Assembly: GCA_050012075.1 (NCBI GenBank)
Contig: JBEKHW010000006.1
Span: forward strand, 1-59,507
Source: Candidatus Omnitrophota bacterium
Lineage (GTDB): Bacteria; Omnitrophota; Gorgyraeia; Gygaellales; Profunditerraquicolaceae
Reading direction: 5' to 3'
DNA: 59,507 nucleotides
The notes under the pieces were generated by a model. It worked only from the letters and a program-made list of their open reading frames with translations, was not told the DNA's origin and searched no databases. Within the stretch, counting starts at the first letter, position 1, and the number at the start of each line of letters is the position of its first letter. The translations under genes and the position numbers were made by a program. Positions 33,901 through 43,543 of this stretch are shown here, piece after piece.

Positions 33901-34991
33901 TAACTTAAGCGCATGGGTAAAACCACGTATATATAACCATTTGTGCGGATCGCTCCGGGCTTCTCGCTATCCGTAACCTCGAATTCCACACTGCTATCGG
34001 AAAGGTTTTTCAGCACATCGATTAAATAATAGGGGTTAAATCCGATAACCAGCTCTCTGCCCGCGTACTCTACGTTTATTTCCTCGTGTGATTCCCCTAC
34101 GTCGGGCGTGGCCTTGGAAATAACCACCTTGTTTTTAAATAACTCCATCTTAACTGCCTGATAGTCGGGAGTTGACAGAAGCGCCGCGCGCTTTACCGCT
34201 AACAGAAACTGTTCACGGTTAATGCGCATTTTTTCGTTGGAAACCGCCGGGATTACCTGGCGGTAATCAGGGAATTCTCCTTCTATGAGCCGGGATATTA
34301 TCACAATACCCCCTAAATCGAACAGGGCTTGGTTATTCCCCAAAATTATCGAAACGCTTCCCTCCTCTTTAAGATTGCGGCTTAGTTCATGGATAGTCTT
34401 AATAGGTACGATTATAGAGATATTGTTGTCGGCTTCCGGGTTTATTTTTTTCTCTACCAGCGCCAAGCGCTTTCCGTCGGTTGCAACCAAAGTAAGAATC
34501 TGTTTTTCGATTTTAAAAAGGGTGCCGTTAAAAATATAACGCGCCTCATCCGTGGAAACAGCAAACGAGGTTAAATCCAGCATTTCTTTTAATTCTGCCT
34601 GCTCTATACGGATAACCTCTTTATCTTTAAATTCCGGTAGTTTTGGAAACTCTTCGCGCGCTAAGCCCATAATCTTAAACTGGCATGATTCCGCATCAAT
34701 TGTTACTAGGTTGTTTTTTTTGGTAACGATAGTCACCTTCTCTGCGGGTAATTCTTTAATAATATCGCTAAACCTTTTGGCGGGAACTGTTATCGCCCCC
34801 TGTTCCTGGATTTCTACAGGTATTACACAGCTTATCCCCACATCTAAATCCGTGGCTGTAAATTTAAGTTTATCCTGCTGGGTTTCTATAAGGATATTAG
34901 ACAGAATAGGTAAGGCGGATTTTGAAGTAATGACATTCTGCACTATTTGAATGCCGGATAATAAAACATTTTTTTCTGCGGTTAATTTCAT
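33900..34991 (-). CDS. dnaN: DNA polymerase III beta clamp
   Basis: LPILSN, ATDL, VATDGKRL, EFPDY, VLPMRL. Confidence 0.98.
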   Translation of the reverse strand: MKLTAEKNVLLSGIQIVQNVITSKSALPILSNILIETQQDKLKFTATDLDVGISCVIPVEIQEQGAITVPAKRFSDIIKELPAEKVTIVTKKNNLVTIDAESCQFKIMGLAREEFPKLPEFKDKEVIRIEQAELKEMLDLTSFAVSTDEARYIFNGTLFKIEKQILTLVATDGKRLALVEKKINPEADNNISIIVPIKTIHELSRNLKEEGSVSIILGNNQALFDLGGIVIISRLIEGEFPDYRQVIPAVSNEKMRINREQFLLAVKRAALLSTPDYQAVKMELFKNKVVISKATPDVGESHEEINVEYAGRELVIGFNPYYLIDVLKNLSDSSVEFEVTDSEKPGAIRTNGYIYVVLPMRLS

Positions 34992-35135
34992 TGTTTCCTT
35001 CCTTTCTATTAATAATAACTATTAAATACTTATATCGTAATAGAAATAAAGCGGTTCCGTTTCTGTGGAAAACGCCGTAACCCCATAAAACAGGTTATTA
35101 GTTTGATATTCATAACAACTGGATAACCTTTTAAT
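34992..35135. other. dnaA-dnaN spacer, candidate oriC part (AT-rich tract plus DnaA-box-like sites)
   Basis: AT-rich 35005-35050; TGTGGAAAA at 35064-35072; degenerate ACTGGATAA at 35118-35126. Confidence 0.55.
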
Positions 35136-36473
35136 TTACTGTTTAATGATTTGTATAATCCGTTCTACCTTTTCTTTTAACACAAAATCCGAAGTTATAG
35201 CCCCTTTTATTTTATTATATGAATGTAATACTGTAGTATGATCCTTACCCCCAAAAAATCCCCCTATTTCCGGAAAAGATAAATCCGTCAATTCCCTGCT
35301 TAGATACATGGCGGTTTGACGGGGCAAAACAACCGTTTTATTCCTGCGCTTAGTTTTAATTTCCTGTACAGATATACCGAATTCTTCAGCTACGCAATGC
35401 TGGATAAAATCCACAGTAATTAATTTTTTCGGCTCTTTTAATAGATCTTTTAAAACCTCTTTTGTTAAATCCAGGCTGATGGGTTTCTCTTCGAGAAGCG
35501 AATAGGCGATGGTGCGTATTAAGGCGCCCTCCAGCTCCCGGATATTGGTTTTAATCAGTTGCGCAATAAAAACAATTACTTCGTCCGGTACGGTAACGGG
35601 CTCCCGCTCTATTTTCTTCTTTAAAATAGCCACGCGCGTCTCAAAATCGGGCGGCTGTATATCGGTAGTCAGCCCCCAGCCGAAACGGGATATAAGCCGT
35701 TCCTGTAAATTGGCAATTTCCTTCGGCGGCCTGTCCGAGGAGAGTACGATTTGTTTGTGCGCATCATAAAGGGTATTAAAGGTATGAAAGAATTCTTCCT
35801 GGGTAGACTCTTTGCCGGCGATAAAATGCACGTCATCGATAACCAGCATATCCATATTCCTGTATTTCTGGCGGAAACCGGCGGTAGAATGGTGTTGTAT
35901 GGCATCAATAAGCTCGTTAGTAAAGCGTTCGGAAGATATATAACATATGTTCAGATTATTTTGAGATTGTTTTTTTACGTGATGGCAGATCGCCTGAATC
36001 AGGTGGGTCTTGCCCAGCCCCACCCCGCCGTAAATAAATAATGGGTTATATGTTTTTGCCGGTGCTGCGGCGACAGCCAGAGAATAAGCGTGGGCATGTT
36101 TATTAGAGGAGCCGATCACGAAGTTCTCAAATGTGTAGCGGTCGTTGAGGTTCGATGTTTTCACTGGTTCCGCCGTCCTGCCGTGTGGCGGGGTTGGAAA
36201 AGGTTCTGCCGGGGGTTGGCTGCCCGAGTCTGTTTCTAGATACAGGGGGATATTATTGGCGCCACCCACAGAAGCAATGGTTTCACTAATAAGCCCTTTA
36301 TAGTGTTTTTCCACCCAATCTTTAAAGAAGTTATCAGGCGCCTCTAAGAATAAGCCTTCCTTCTGAGACGGCTTTACCTGAAGCGGCTGGATCCAGGTTT
36401 CAAAGACAGACTGCCCGAGCCTGTCTTTTAAGATAACTTTTGCCTGCTCCCAGATGTCCCCTAGATTAACCAT
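35136..36473 (-). CDS. dnaA: Chromosomal replication initiator
   Basis: YTFENFV, GGVGLGKTHL, NIRELEGAL, KDHTTVLH. Confidence 0.99.
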   Translation of the reverse strand: MVNLGDIWEQAKVILKDRLGQSVFETWIQPLQVKPSQKEGLFLEAPDNFFKDWVEKHYKGLISETIASVGGANNIPLYLETDSGSQPPAEPFPTPPHGRTAEPVKTSNLNDRYTFENFVIGSSNKHAHAYSLAVAAAPAKTYNPLFIYGGVGLGKTHLIQAICHHVKKQSQNNLNICYISSERFTNELIDAIQHHSTAGFRQKYRNMDMLVIDDVHFIAGKESTQEEFFHTFNTLYDAHKQIVLSSDRPPKEIANLQERLISRFGWGLTTDIQPPDFETRVAILKKKIEREPVTVPDEVIVFIAQLIKTNIRELEGALIRTIAYSLLEEKPISLDLTKEVLKDLLKEPKKLITVDFIQHCVAEEFGISVQEIKTKRRNKTVVLPRQTAMYLSRELTDLSFPEIGGFFGGKDHTTVLHSYNKIKGAITSDFVLKEKVERIIQIIKQ

Positions 36474-36720
36474 AAAAGGCCTGTTTGGCTGTTATTCACA
36501 GGTTATTCACACCGTGCATAATTCTGTGGAAAAAGAAAACGCTGAAAAATGTGGCGCAGTAACGCTATTATAACAGGAATAAAACAAGTTGCAAGAAAAA
36601 AAGATAAACGCGCATTATTATACAATGTTTTTTTCAGGCGTCAACAAAATTTGAAGAAAAAAATCTAAGCGGAGGTCTTTCTGTCTAAGCTGTGGAGAAC
36701 TTCTATATCATAGTAAAGCG
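36474..36720. other. oriC region upstream of dnaA with a DnaA-box cluster
   Basis: TTATTCACA at 36492 and 36503, TGTGGAAAA at 36525, TGTGGAGAA at 36691; gene orientation switches here. Confidence 0.75.
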
Positions 36721-36728
36721 AATTTAAC

Positions 36729-36821
36729 TTGACCGGAAAAATTTTCTGTGATAGAATTCCCTCTCATCGCATTATAGGCAAGACCAAAGCCATTGACTTG
36801 GAAAACAGCTTTTGTTATAAT
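36729..36821 (+). promoter_or_regulatory. Tandem sigma70 promoters for rpmH
   Basis: TTGACC-17-TAGAAT (36729-36757) and TTGACT-17-TATAAT (36793-36821). Confidence 0.7.
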
Positions 36822-36854
36822 AAACCCTCATTATAGGAAGGGCCCAAAAACCAA

Positions 36855-36992
36855 ATGAAAAAAAACTTAAAAACGCCAACAAACATCGTCGGAAAACGGC
36901 GACACGGTTTTCGTAGCAAAATGGCAACCAGAGGCGGCCGCCGGGTGCTTAAGCGCCGCCGGCACAAGGGAAGAAAACGCCTAGCTTTTTAA
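36855..36992 (+). CDS. rpmH: 50S ribosomal protein L34; not in the ORF track
   Basis: [45 protein letters not shown]. Confidence 0.95.
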   Translation: MKKNLKTPTNIVGKRRHGFRSKMATRGGRRVLKRRRHKGRKRLAF

Positions 36993-37207
36993 TGTTAGAA
37001 AGCATAGCGCTTAACTTGATTAAGGGCTACCAAAACTACATACGCATTTATATACCCTGCCATTGCCGCTTCAGCCCCTCTTGTTCCGAATATGCGTACC
37101 AGGCAATTGCAAGGCATGGTTTTATTAAAGGGTGTATAAAAGCGGGCAGGCGGTTGCTGCGTTGCCACCCCTTGTCTAAAAGATCAGGCTACGATCCACT
37201 GGTATAA
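36992..37207 (+). CDS. yidD: Membrane protein insertion efficiency factor
   Basis: CRFSPSCSEY, RLLRCHP, GYDP. Confidence 0.95.
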   Translation: MLESIALNLIKGYQNYIRIYIPCHCRFSPSCSEYAYQAIARHGFIKGCIKAGRRLLRCHPLSKRSGYDPLV

Positions 37208-37211
37208 AATT

Positions 37212-38729
37212 ATGGAAAAACGTCTCATTTTAGCTATTGTTTTGTCATTAATAATTTTGCTGAGCTGGTCTGCTATAATCTCACGCACGCATCCCCTTGA
37301 TAACAAAGGAGTTATAACAGACAACCTTTCTAAAGCCCCCCAGACAATTAACCAGGAAAAAGTATTACCAACAACGCCTCCAGAGGAAACCCTGCCCACT
37401 GTTATTTTTGAGCAGGATAAGATTAAAGTAGGGTTTATTGAATCTCAAGCAGCAATTAAAGAGGTATTTTTTAAGAATTATCCTAAGGGAGATCTTATTT
37501 TAAGAAATGGCTTTGCTATAAACAGTCCCCCTCTCAATTTCAAAAAAATAAGGAGCACAGATAATTCTATAACTTTTCAGCACCTAGATGCCAATAAAAA
37601 GATTGTAAAAGAATTTATTTTTTCTAACACCGGATACGAGTTATGGTTAGAAATAAATGTCCAAAATGAATCTTCTTCTTCTCTCCAAATAGATCTTCCT
37701 TTGTGGTTGGGTATTTTGGATTTTGCTCCGGCTGGAACTTCTTCTCAGTTTCAAGATATCATTGTGCAGACCAAAGAAAAGACGCTGCACCTTACAGCTA
37801 GAAAGGACCAGGAGTTTGCGCAGCTCCAATTTATCGCCTTAAGGAATCGTTATTTTTGCGCTATTCTACAGCCAGAAAAAATAGATACTACGGGGCTGTT
37901 AAGAAAAGTAGATGCAGGCAAATTACAAGCCGGGATATCACCAAATGCGTTCAGTCTACTCCCAGGCGCTCAAATGACAGAAAAATTCCATATCTATTTG
38001 GGACCACAAGAGTTGCATCTGATAAATTCCATTAATCCACAATGGTCTACAGTGGTATATTATGGCACTTTTGATTTTATTTCTCAAATACTCTTGCGAA
38101 CACTGGAATTCATTCATCGATTAGTGCACAATTGGGGAGCAGCCGTAATAATTCTCAGCTTCTTAGTATATTTATTTCTTTTTCCGCTTACCCTGAAACA
38201 AATGCGTTCAATGAAGGAAATGCAACTGTTACAGCCAAAAATAGAACGATTGCGTACTACTTACAAAGATAACCCTCAGCGGCTAAACAAAGAAATAATG
38301 GAATTATATAAGGAGCATAAGGTAAATCCTTTTGGCGGGTGTTTACCCCTTATCTTACAGATACCTATATTTTTTGCTCTTTACCAGGCGCTTATGCGCT
38401 CGACAACTCTTAAAGGTGCTAACTTTCTGTGGATAAAGGATTTATCTGAACCAGACCGGTTATTTACTCTAAAATTCTCTTTGCCAGCTTTGGGCAATGA
38501 ATTTAATATCCTTCCGATCTTGATGGCTATCGGGATGTTTATTCAACAGAAGATATCTTCTGTTGGTGCTACTAGCAGCACCACGGCCGAGCAGCAAAAA
38601 ATGATGACAATAATTATGCCTATTTTATTCGGGTTCATCTTTTATCATATGCCATCTGGTTTGGTTCTTTATTGGTTCGTGAACAGTATGCTTATGTTAG
38701 CCTACCAATTTCGGATAAGAGTAAAATGA
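37212..38729 (+). CDS. yidC: Membrane protein insertase
   Basis: MEKRLILAI, YLGP, NWG, VNPFGGCLP, GLVLYW. Confidence 0.96.
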   Translation: MEKRLILAIVLSLIILLSWSAIISRTHPLDNKGVITDNLSKAPQTINQEKVLPTTPPEETLPTVIFEQDKIKVGFIESQAAIKEVFFKNYPKGDLILRNGFAINSPPLNFKKIRSTDNSITFQHLDANKKIVKEFIFSNTGYELWLEINVQNESSSSLQIDLPLWLGILDFAPAGTSSQFQDIIVQTKEKTLHLTARKDQEFAQLQFIALRNRYFCAILQPEKIDTTGLLRKVDAGKLQAGISPNAFSLLPGAQMTEKFHIYLGPQELHLINSINPQWSTVVYYGTFDFISQILLRTLEFIHRLVHNWGAAVIILSFLVYLFLFPLTLKQMRSMKEMQLLQPKIERLRTTYKDNPQRLNKEIMELYKEHKVNPFGGCLPLILQIPIFFALYQALMRSTTLKGANFLWIKDLSEPDRLFTLKFSLPALGNEFNILPILMAIGMFIQQKISSVGATSSTTAEQQKMMTIIMPILFGFIFYHMPSGLVLYWFVNSMLMLAYQFRIRVK

Positions 38730-38926
38730 CAATAAAGACTAGTATAGAAGTAGAAGGTAACACCGTTGAAGAAGCGGTAAAAAAGGCGCTAAGGGAATTA
38801 AAAATTCCTCGTAATAAAGTTAAAATCGAAGTACTTTCTGAAGAGACAAGGGGTCTTTTTGGAATGCCTGGCGCTAAACCGGCAAAGGTGCGGGTGACTA
38901 CGCTAAAAAGTAAAGAAAATACTTGA
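38726..38926 (+). CDS. Jag N-terminal-domain-only protein
   Basis: GNTVEEAVKKALREL...IEVL...GLFG...AKVRV; ATGA overlap with yidC; no KH or R3H domain. Confidence 0.85.
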   Translation: MTIKTSIEVEGNTVEEAVKKALRELKIPRNKVKIEVLSEETRGLFGMPGAKPAKVRVTTLKSKENT

Positions 38927-38970
38927 CAAACAGGCATTTTTCAAGATAATAAAATTGATACTATTAAGCA

Positions 38971-38986
38971 TGTTTCACGTGGAACA
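38971..38986. promoter_or_regulatory. parS site
   Basis: TGTTTCACGTGGAACA, matching the parS consensus, just upstream of parA. Confidence 0.9.
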
Positions 38987-39008
38987 TTACATAACTGTAT
39001 GAAATACA

Positions 39009-39806
39009 ATGGGTAAGATAATCACAGTTTGTAATCAGAAAGGCGGCACAGGTAAAACCACCTCGGCGATTAATATCGCCACTGCTTTAGGCTTTTTAGA
39101 TAAGAAGATAATGCTTATTGATTTAGACCCCCAGGCAAATGCTACGAGCGGGATCGGCCTTAATAAGCATAATGTAAAGAAGAGTACTTATCATGTTCTT
39201 CTGGAAGAAACAGAAATACAAGAAATCTTGCAGCCTACTGCGGTACCTAATCTTTCTATAGCGCCTTCAAATCTCGATTTAACCGGGGCAGAAGTAGAGC
39301 TGGTGGCGGTTTTGGGGAGAGAGTATCGTTTGAAAAGAGCTTTACAAAAAGAAAAAGATAACTTTGATTTTATTATAATTGATTCCCCGCCATCGTTAGG
39401 TATTTTGACTATTAATGGTTTATGCGCCGCCGACTCAGTTTTAATTCCTGTGCAATGCGAATATTATGCGCTAGAAGGATTGACGCAACTCATTAGTACT
39501 GTTAAACTTGTGAAAGATAATCTTAATCCGAATCTTACGATTGAAGGAGTTCTTTTAACGATGGCAGATTATCGTACTAACCTCACAAAAGAAGTAATCC
39601 AGGAAGCCAGGAATTACTTTAAAGATAAAGTTTATCAAACAGTTATTCCCAGGAATATTCGCCTTACCGAAGCACCCAGTTTTGGCAAGCCCATTGCGCT
39701 TTATGATAAGGAATCACTGGGGGCGCAGAAATACGAAGATCTGGCCAAAGAGATTTTAGGGATACCTATTACTCGTAATCATCCCATACCGCAAGGAGAA
39801 AAATAA
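39009..39806 (+). CDS. parA: ParA/Soj ATPase
   Basis: NQKGGTGKTT, DLDPQAN, PVQCEYYALEG, EAPSFG. Confidence 0.96.
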   Translation: MGKIITVCNQKGGTGKTTSAINIATALGFLDKKIMLIDLDPQANATSGIGLNKHNVKKSTYHVLLEETEIQEILQPTAVPNLSIAPSNLDLTGAEVELVAVLGREYRLKRALQKEKDNFDFIIIDSPPSLGILTINGLCAADSVLIPVQCEYYALEGLTQLISTVKLVKDNLNPNLTIEGVLLTMADYRTNLTKEVIQEARNYFKDKVYQTVIPRNIRLTEAPSFGKPIALYDKESLGAQKYEDLAKEILGIPITRNHPIPQGEK

Positions 39807-40666
39807 TGGAAAGAAAAGCGTTAGGTAAAGGACTCAGCGCTTTAATACCCGAGCGAGAATCAATCGGTACAGAAAAAGAGGGGGTTCTTTATTTACCAAT
39901 AGACCAGATTAAACCAAATCCTTTTCAGCCCCGCGAAGATTTTAATCAAGAAACCATTCAAGGGTTGGCTCAGTCAATAAAAGAAAAGGGGATAATCCAG
40001 CCGCTTCTGGTAAGAAGAAAAGGAGATTCTTTTGAGCTGATTGCCGGGGAACGCAGGTTGCGCGCTGCTAACCTATTGAAACTAAAAGAGTTACCGGTTA
40101 TAGTTAAGAATGTAGAAGATGAAGATTCTCTGGAGATAGCCCTGATTGAAAATATCCAGCGCCAGGAGTTAAACGCCATTGAAGAGGCGCATGCTTTTCA
40201 ACACCTGATTGATAAATTTTCTGTGACGCAAGAAAGGATAGGCGAGGTTTTAGGGAAGTCCCGCGTATCCGTTACGAATATACTGCGCCTTTTAAAGCTT
40301 CCCCATGAAATTCAGGATGAACTTAAAAAAGGGCGCATCTCTTTCGGCCACGCAAGAGCGTTATTAGAGGTTGAAGACGCCAATTATCAACGAAAGCTCG
40401 CCCAGGAAACAATCTCTAAGGATTTATCCGTGCGCGAGCTGGAGAATTTAATTAAATCGCAGCGGCCAAAAATCCCCAAGAGACGAATCTCCGCTTCCGG
40501 CCGCGAGCCGCTTTTAGCAGTATTAGAAGAAGAGCTTCGGCACGCCCTTGCTACCAAAGTAAGAATCGCAAAACGCGCAAAGCGCGGCCACATTTTGATA
40601 GAATTTTATTCGCCTGAAGAGTTGCAGCGGATAGTAACATTAATCAAAGAAAGGACAAAGGCATGA
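39806..40666 (+). CDS. parB: ParB/Spo0J
   Basis: LGKGL, PNPFQPR, IAGERRLRA, ENIQR. Confidence 0.96.
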   Translation: MERKALGKGLSALIPERESIGTEKEGVLYLPIDQIKPNPFQPREDFNQETIQGLAQSIKEKGIIQPLLVRRKGDSFELIAGERRLRAANLLKLKELPVIVKNVEDEDSLEIALIENIQRQELNAIEEAHAFQHLIDKFSVTQERIGEVLGKSRVSVTNILRLLKLPHEIQDELKKGRISFGHARALLEVEDANYQRKLAQETISKDLSVRELENLIKSQRPKIPKRRISASGREPLLAVLEEELRHALATKVRIAKRAKRGHILIEFYSPEELQRIVTLIKERTKA

Positions 40667-41166
40667 ATCAGGCGGTTTTAGTTCTGATTAAGCCAGACGG
40701 CCTGAAGAAATCTTTAACAGGCAATATTCTCACCAGGTTATCCGAGACAAAGCTTGAAATTGTAGCGGCCAAGATGGTGCGGGTCCCTAAGGAGCTGGCA
40801 GAAGAGCATTACAGGCATTTAAAAGACAAGCCCTTTTTCGATGATTTAATAAAATATCTCCGCGGGGAATTACATGACCGCAGAAAAGTTATGGCCCTGA
40901 TTTACTGGGGTAAGGACGCCATAAAAAAGTGCAGGGATTTAGCCGGCTCAACTAATCCCGAAGAGGCAGAAGCCACGACCATACGCGGCTCTTACGGGAG
41001 GATTACTACTTCGGGGGTATACGAAAACGTAATCCATGTGTCTTCGAATGAAGAAGAGGCCGAGCGGGAGATAAAACTATGGTTTAGCCCGGATGAAATC
41101 ATCGTAGATTTGTATCCGAAAAAAGAAGCTGTGGAGAAAGAACACAAGAGAAAGGTGTGGGCATAG
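40663..41166 (+). CDS. ndk: Nucleoside-diphosphate kinase
   Basis: LIKPDG, HY, TIRG, NVIHVS. Confidence 0.92.
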   Translation: MNQAVLVLIKPDGLKKSLTGNILTRLSETKLEIVAAKMVRVPKELAEEHYRHLKDKPFFDDLIKYLRGELHDRRKVMALIYWGKDAIKKCRDLAGSTNPEEAEATTIRGSYGRITTSGVYENVIHVSSNEEEAEREIKLWFSPDEIIVDLYPKKEAVEKEHKRKVWA

Positions 41167-41169
41167 GCG

Positions 41170-41997
41170 ATGATTTTTAGCATGACAGGCTTTGGCAGTA
41201 AGCAGAAGGCGACAGCGTTACTCGGTAAGGCCTCCGTGGAGATAAAGAGCACAAATCACAGGTTTTTGGAAACAGTCTTTCATCTGCCTGATAACCTGCT
41301 GTATTTAGAAGACAGGCTAAGAAAAGAGATTGAGGCAAAAGTAAAGAGGGGGCGCCTGGTCTGCGTAATCTCCGTTAGCGGCCATAAGGCGCACCATATA
41401 CGCATAAATAAAACACTCCTTAAAGAGTATATCTCGGTATTTAAAAATATTAAAAATAGCTTTGGTATTAAAGATGAGGTAAGCATAAATACCGTGGTGA
41501 ATATGCCCGGGGTCTTATCAATAGAAGAAAACAAGGGCGCGGGGCTAGATATATGGCCTACGCTTAAGCCATTAGTAAGCGGGGCGCTCGGGGATCTGCT
41601 TTCTATGCGCTCAAAGGAAGGCAGGGCGCTAGAAAGGTTTTTGCACAGAAGAGCCGGCTTTTTAAAAAACAACCTGGAACTGGTAAAATCAAGATTTAAG
41701 AAGGCGCTGAAGATAAAACTGGCCAGGATAAATACCGATGAAGAGCGCTCCGCTTTTCTTAAAGACACCGATGTCAGTGAAGAAGTGGAGCGGCTGAGTT
41801 TTCACGTGCATAATTTTAAAGGTAAGTTAACCGCAAAGGGGCCGGTGGGTAAGGAGTTGGATTTTATCGCCCAGGAGATGCAGCGGGAAGCAAATACTTT
41901 GGCAGCAAAATCTTTTGATGCCCGCATATCGGGAATGGTTGTGCAGATAAAAAGCCAGATCGAGAAGATCCGTGAACAGGTGCAGAATATAGAGTGA
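41170..41997 (+). CDS. yicC: YicC/YloC family endoribonuclease
   Basis: SMTGFG, NHRFLE, GKELDFIAQEMQREANT, REQVQNIE. Confidence 0.92.
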   Translation: MIFSMTGFGSKQKATALLGKASVEIKSTNHRFLETVFHLPDNLLYLEDRLRKEIEAKVKRGRLVCVISVSGHKAHHIRINKTLLKEYISVFKNIKNSFGIKDEVSINTVVNMPGVLSIEENKGAGLDIWPTLKPLVSGALGDLLSMRSKEGRALERFLHRRAGFLKNNLELVKSRFKKALKIKLARINTDEERSAFLKDTDVSEEVERLSFHVHNFKGKLTAKGPVGKELDFIAQEMQREANTLAAKSFDARISGMVVQIKSQIEKIREQVQNIE

Positions 41998-42623
41998 GCA
42001 AAACGCACGACGCAAAACGCACGGCGCAAAACGCAAAGGGTTTAATCTTTGTTATATCCGGGCCATCGGGCTCAGGAAAGACCACTCTGCGGGACAGGCT
42101 TTTAGAGGATAAAATATTGCGAAAGAGATTGGCTAAGCCGATCTCTTTTACCACCCGGCCCAAAAGGTCCAAAGAGCAAAACGGCCGGGATTATTATTTT
42201 ATTAACAGGGTCCAGTTTGAAGCGAAGAAACGCGCTAAGAAAATTCTTGAATGGACCAGGTATTTAGGATATTATTACGCCACCCCGAAAGATTACGTGC
42301 AACACCAACTTCGCCGGGGCAGGGATGTCGTGCTCTGCACGGACTTAAAGGGGGTAGCTAATATAAAAAGATTATACCCCTTTAATAATGTAAGTATTTT
42401 TGTCAGGCCCCCATCCTTAGGGGCATTGGAAAAAAGGATAACAGGGCGTTGCCACAAAACAGGCAAGAAGGAAATAAAGAAACGCATCGGCCTGGCAGAG
42501 AAAGAATTGCGCAAGGCCTCAAGCTGTGATTATCAAGTTTTGAACAAAAGGCTTTCCTATGCGCTGGCCAGGTTAAAAGGCATCGTTGTTAAACATACAA
42601 CGCAAAAGAATAGGCGAGGTTAA
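41994..42623 (+). CDS. gmk: Guanylate kinase
   Basis: SGPSGSGKTT, TTRPKR, GRDYYF. Confidence 0.93.
   Translation: MSKTHDAKRTAQNAKGLIFVISGPSGSGKTTLRDRLLEDKILRKRLAKPISFTTRPKRSKEQNGRDYYFINRVQFEAKKRAKKILEWTRYLGYYYATPKDYVQHQLRRGRDVVLCTDLKGVANIKRLYPFNNVSIFVRPPSLGALEKRITGRCHKTGKKEIKKRIGLAEKELRKASSCDYQVLNKRLSYALARLKGIVVKHTTQKNRRG
42000..42034 (+). repeat. Heptamer array in the gmk N-terminus
   Basis: AAAACGC ACGACGC AAAACGC ACGGCGC AAAACGC. Confidence 0.8.
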
Positions 42624-42625
42624 AG

Positions 42626-42820
42626 ATGGAAAATGTTCCGCTGGAGAAACTGCTTGATAAAAGCAACGGCTCTGTGTATAAGCTGGTGATTTTGGCTTCC
42701 AAGCGAGCCCTGGAGATAGCCGAAGGCCAGCCAAAGTTAGTAGAGGTCCCTAGCTCAGTCAAGCCCTCTACTGTTGCGCTGCGCGAGATTGCCGGTAATA
42801 AAGTGTACTGCAAAAAGTAA
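42626..42820 (+). CDS. rpoZ: RNA polymerase omega subunit
   Basis: SVYKLVILASKRA...KPSTVALREIA; follows gmk. Confidence 0.93.
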   Translation: MENVPLEKLLDKSNGSVYKLVILASKRALEIAEGQPKLVEVPSSVKPSTVALREIAGNKVYCKK

Positions 42821-42831
42821 AGATAAGGTAA

Positions 42832-42892
42832 AGCTCCGCGCATAGCGCGGAGTAAAATAAGCCATATACGCCAGCGGCATGGCTTATTTTAA
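42832..42892. repeat. Double-hairpin intergenic element, copy 2
   Basis: AGCTCCGCGCATAGCGCGGAGT AAAATAAGCCAT ATACGCCAGCGGC ATGGCTTATTTTAA. Confidence 0.9.
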
Positions 42893-42902
42893 AGGAAGAT
42901 AA

Positions 42903-43442
42903 GTGGCAAGAAAAAAACAGGTCATACTTGGCGTGACCGCCAGTATTGCGATATATAAGGCATGCGATATAGTGCGCAGGCTACAGGATGCGGGTTTTTC
43001 TGTCGTCGTGGCTATGACGGCCGAAGCCGAGGAGTTAATTAAGCCCATTGTTTTTCAGAGCTTATCCGGCCAGAAAGTTTATCGTGGCCTTTTTGAAGAA
43101 CCCGAAAATTGGGAGATCGAGCATGTTTCGTTAGCCGATAAGGCGGATGTAGTTCTGGTTGCCCCTGCCACCGCCAATATCATCGGCAAAGTTGCTTGCG
43201 GCATTTCTGACGACCTGCTGACCTGCGTGATTTCTGCTACAAAAGCGCCGGTATTATTTGCACCGGCAATGAATGAAAATATGTATAAGAATAAAATCAC
43301 ACAGGAGAATATCAGGAAACTAAAGTCATTCGGCTATAAATTTATAGAACCGAGGATAGGCAAACTTGCCTGCGGAAAAGAAGGCATAGGCTGTTTGGCG
43401 GATACCGAAACTATCGTTAAAGAAGTCAAAAGAAATCTTTGA
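42903..43442 (+). CDS. coaC: Phosphopantothenoylcysteine decarboxylase (CoaC domain only)
   Basis: GVTASIAIYK, APATAN, PAMN, LACG..GIG; ends before any CoaB domain. Confidence 0.85.
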   Translation: MARKKQVILGVTASIAIYKACDIVRRLQDAGFSVVVAMTAEAEELIKPIVFQSLSGQKVYRGLFEEPENWEIEHVSLADKADVVLVAPATANIIGKVACGISDDLLTCVISATKAPVLFAPAMNENMYKNKITQENIRKLKSFGYKFIEPRIGKLACGKEGIGCLADTETIVKEVKRNL

Positions 43443-43447
43443 TAACC

Positions 43448-43522
43448 GGCGGCATAGCCAAGAGGAAAGGCAGCTGTCTGCAAAACAGCTATTCAGCGGT
43501 TCGATTCCGCTTGCCGCCTCCA
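43448..43522 (+). tRNA. tRNA-Cys(GCA)
   Basis: Cloverleaf; GCTGT-CTGCAAA-ACAGC; encoded CCA. Confidence 0.95.
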
Positions 43523-43543
43523 TTAAAATTTTCCCACTATTAC

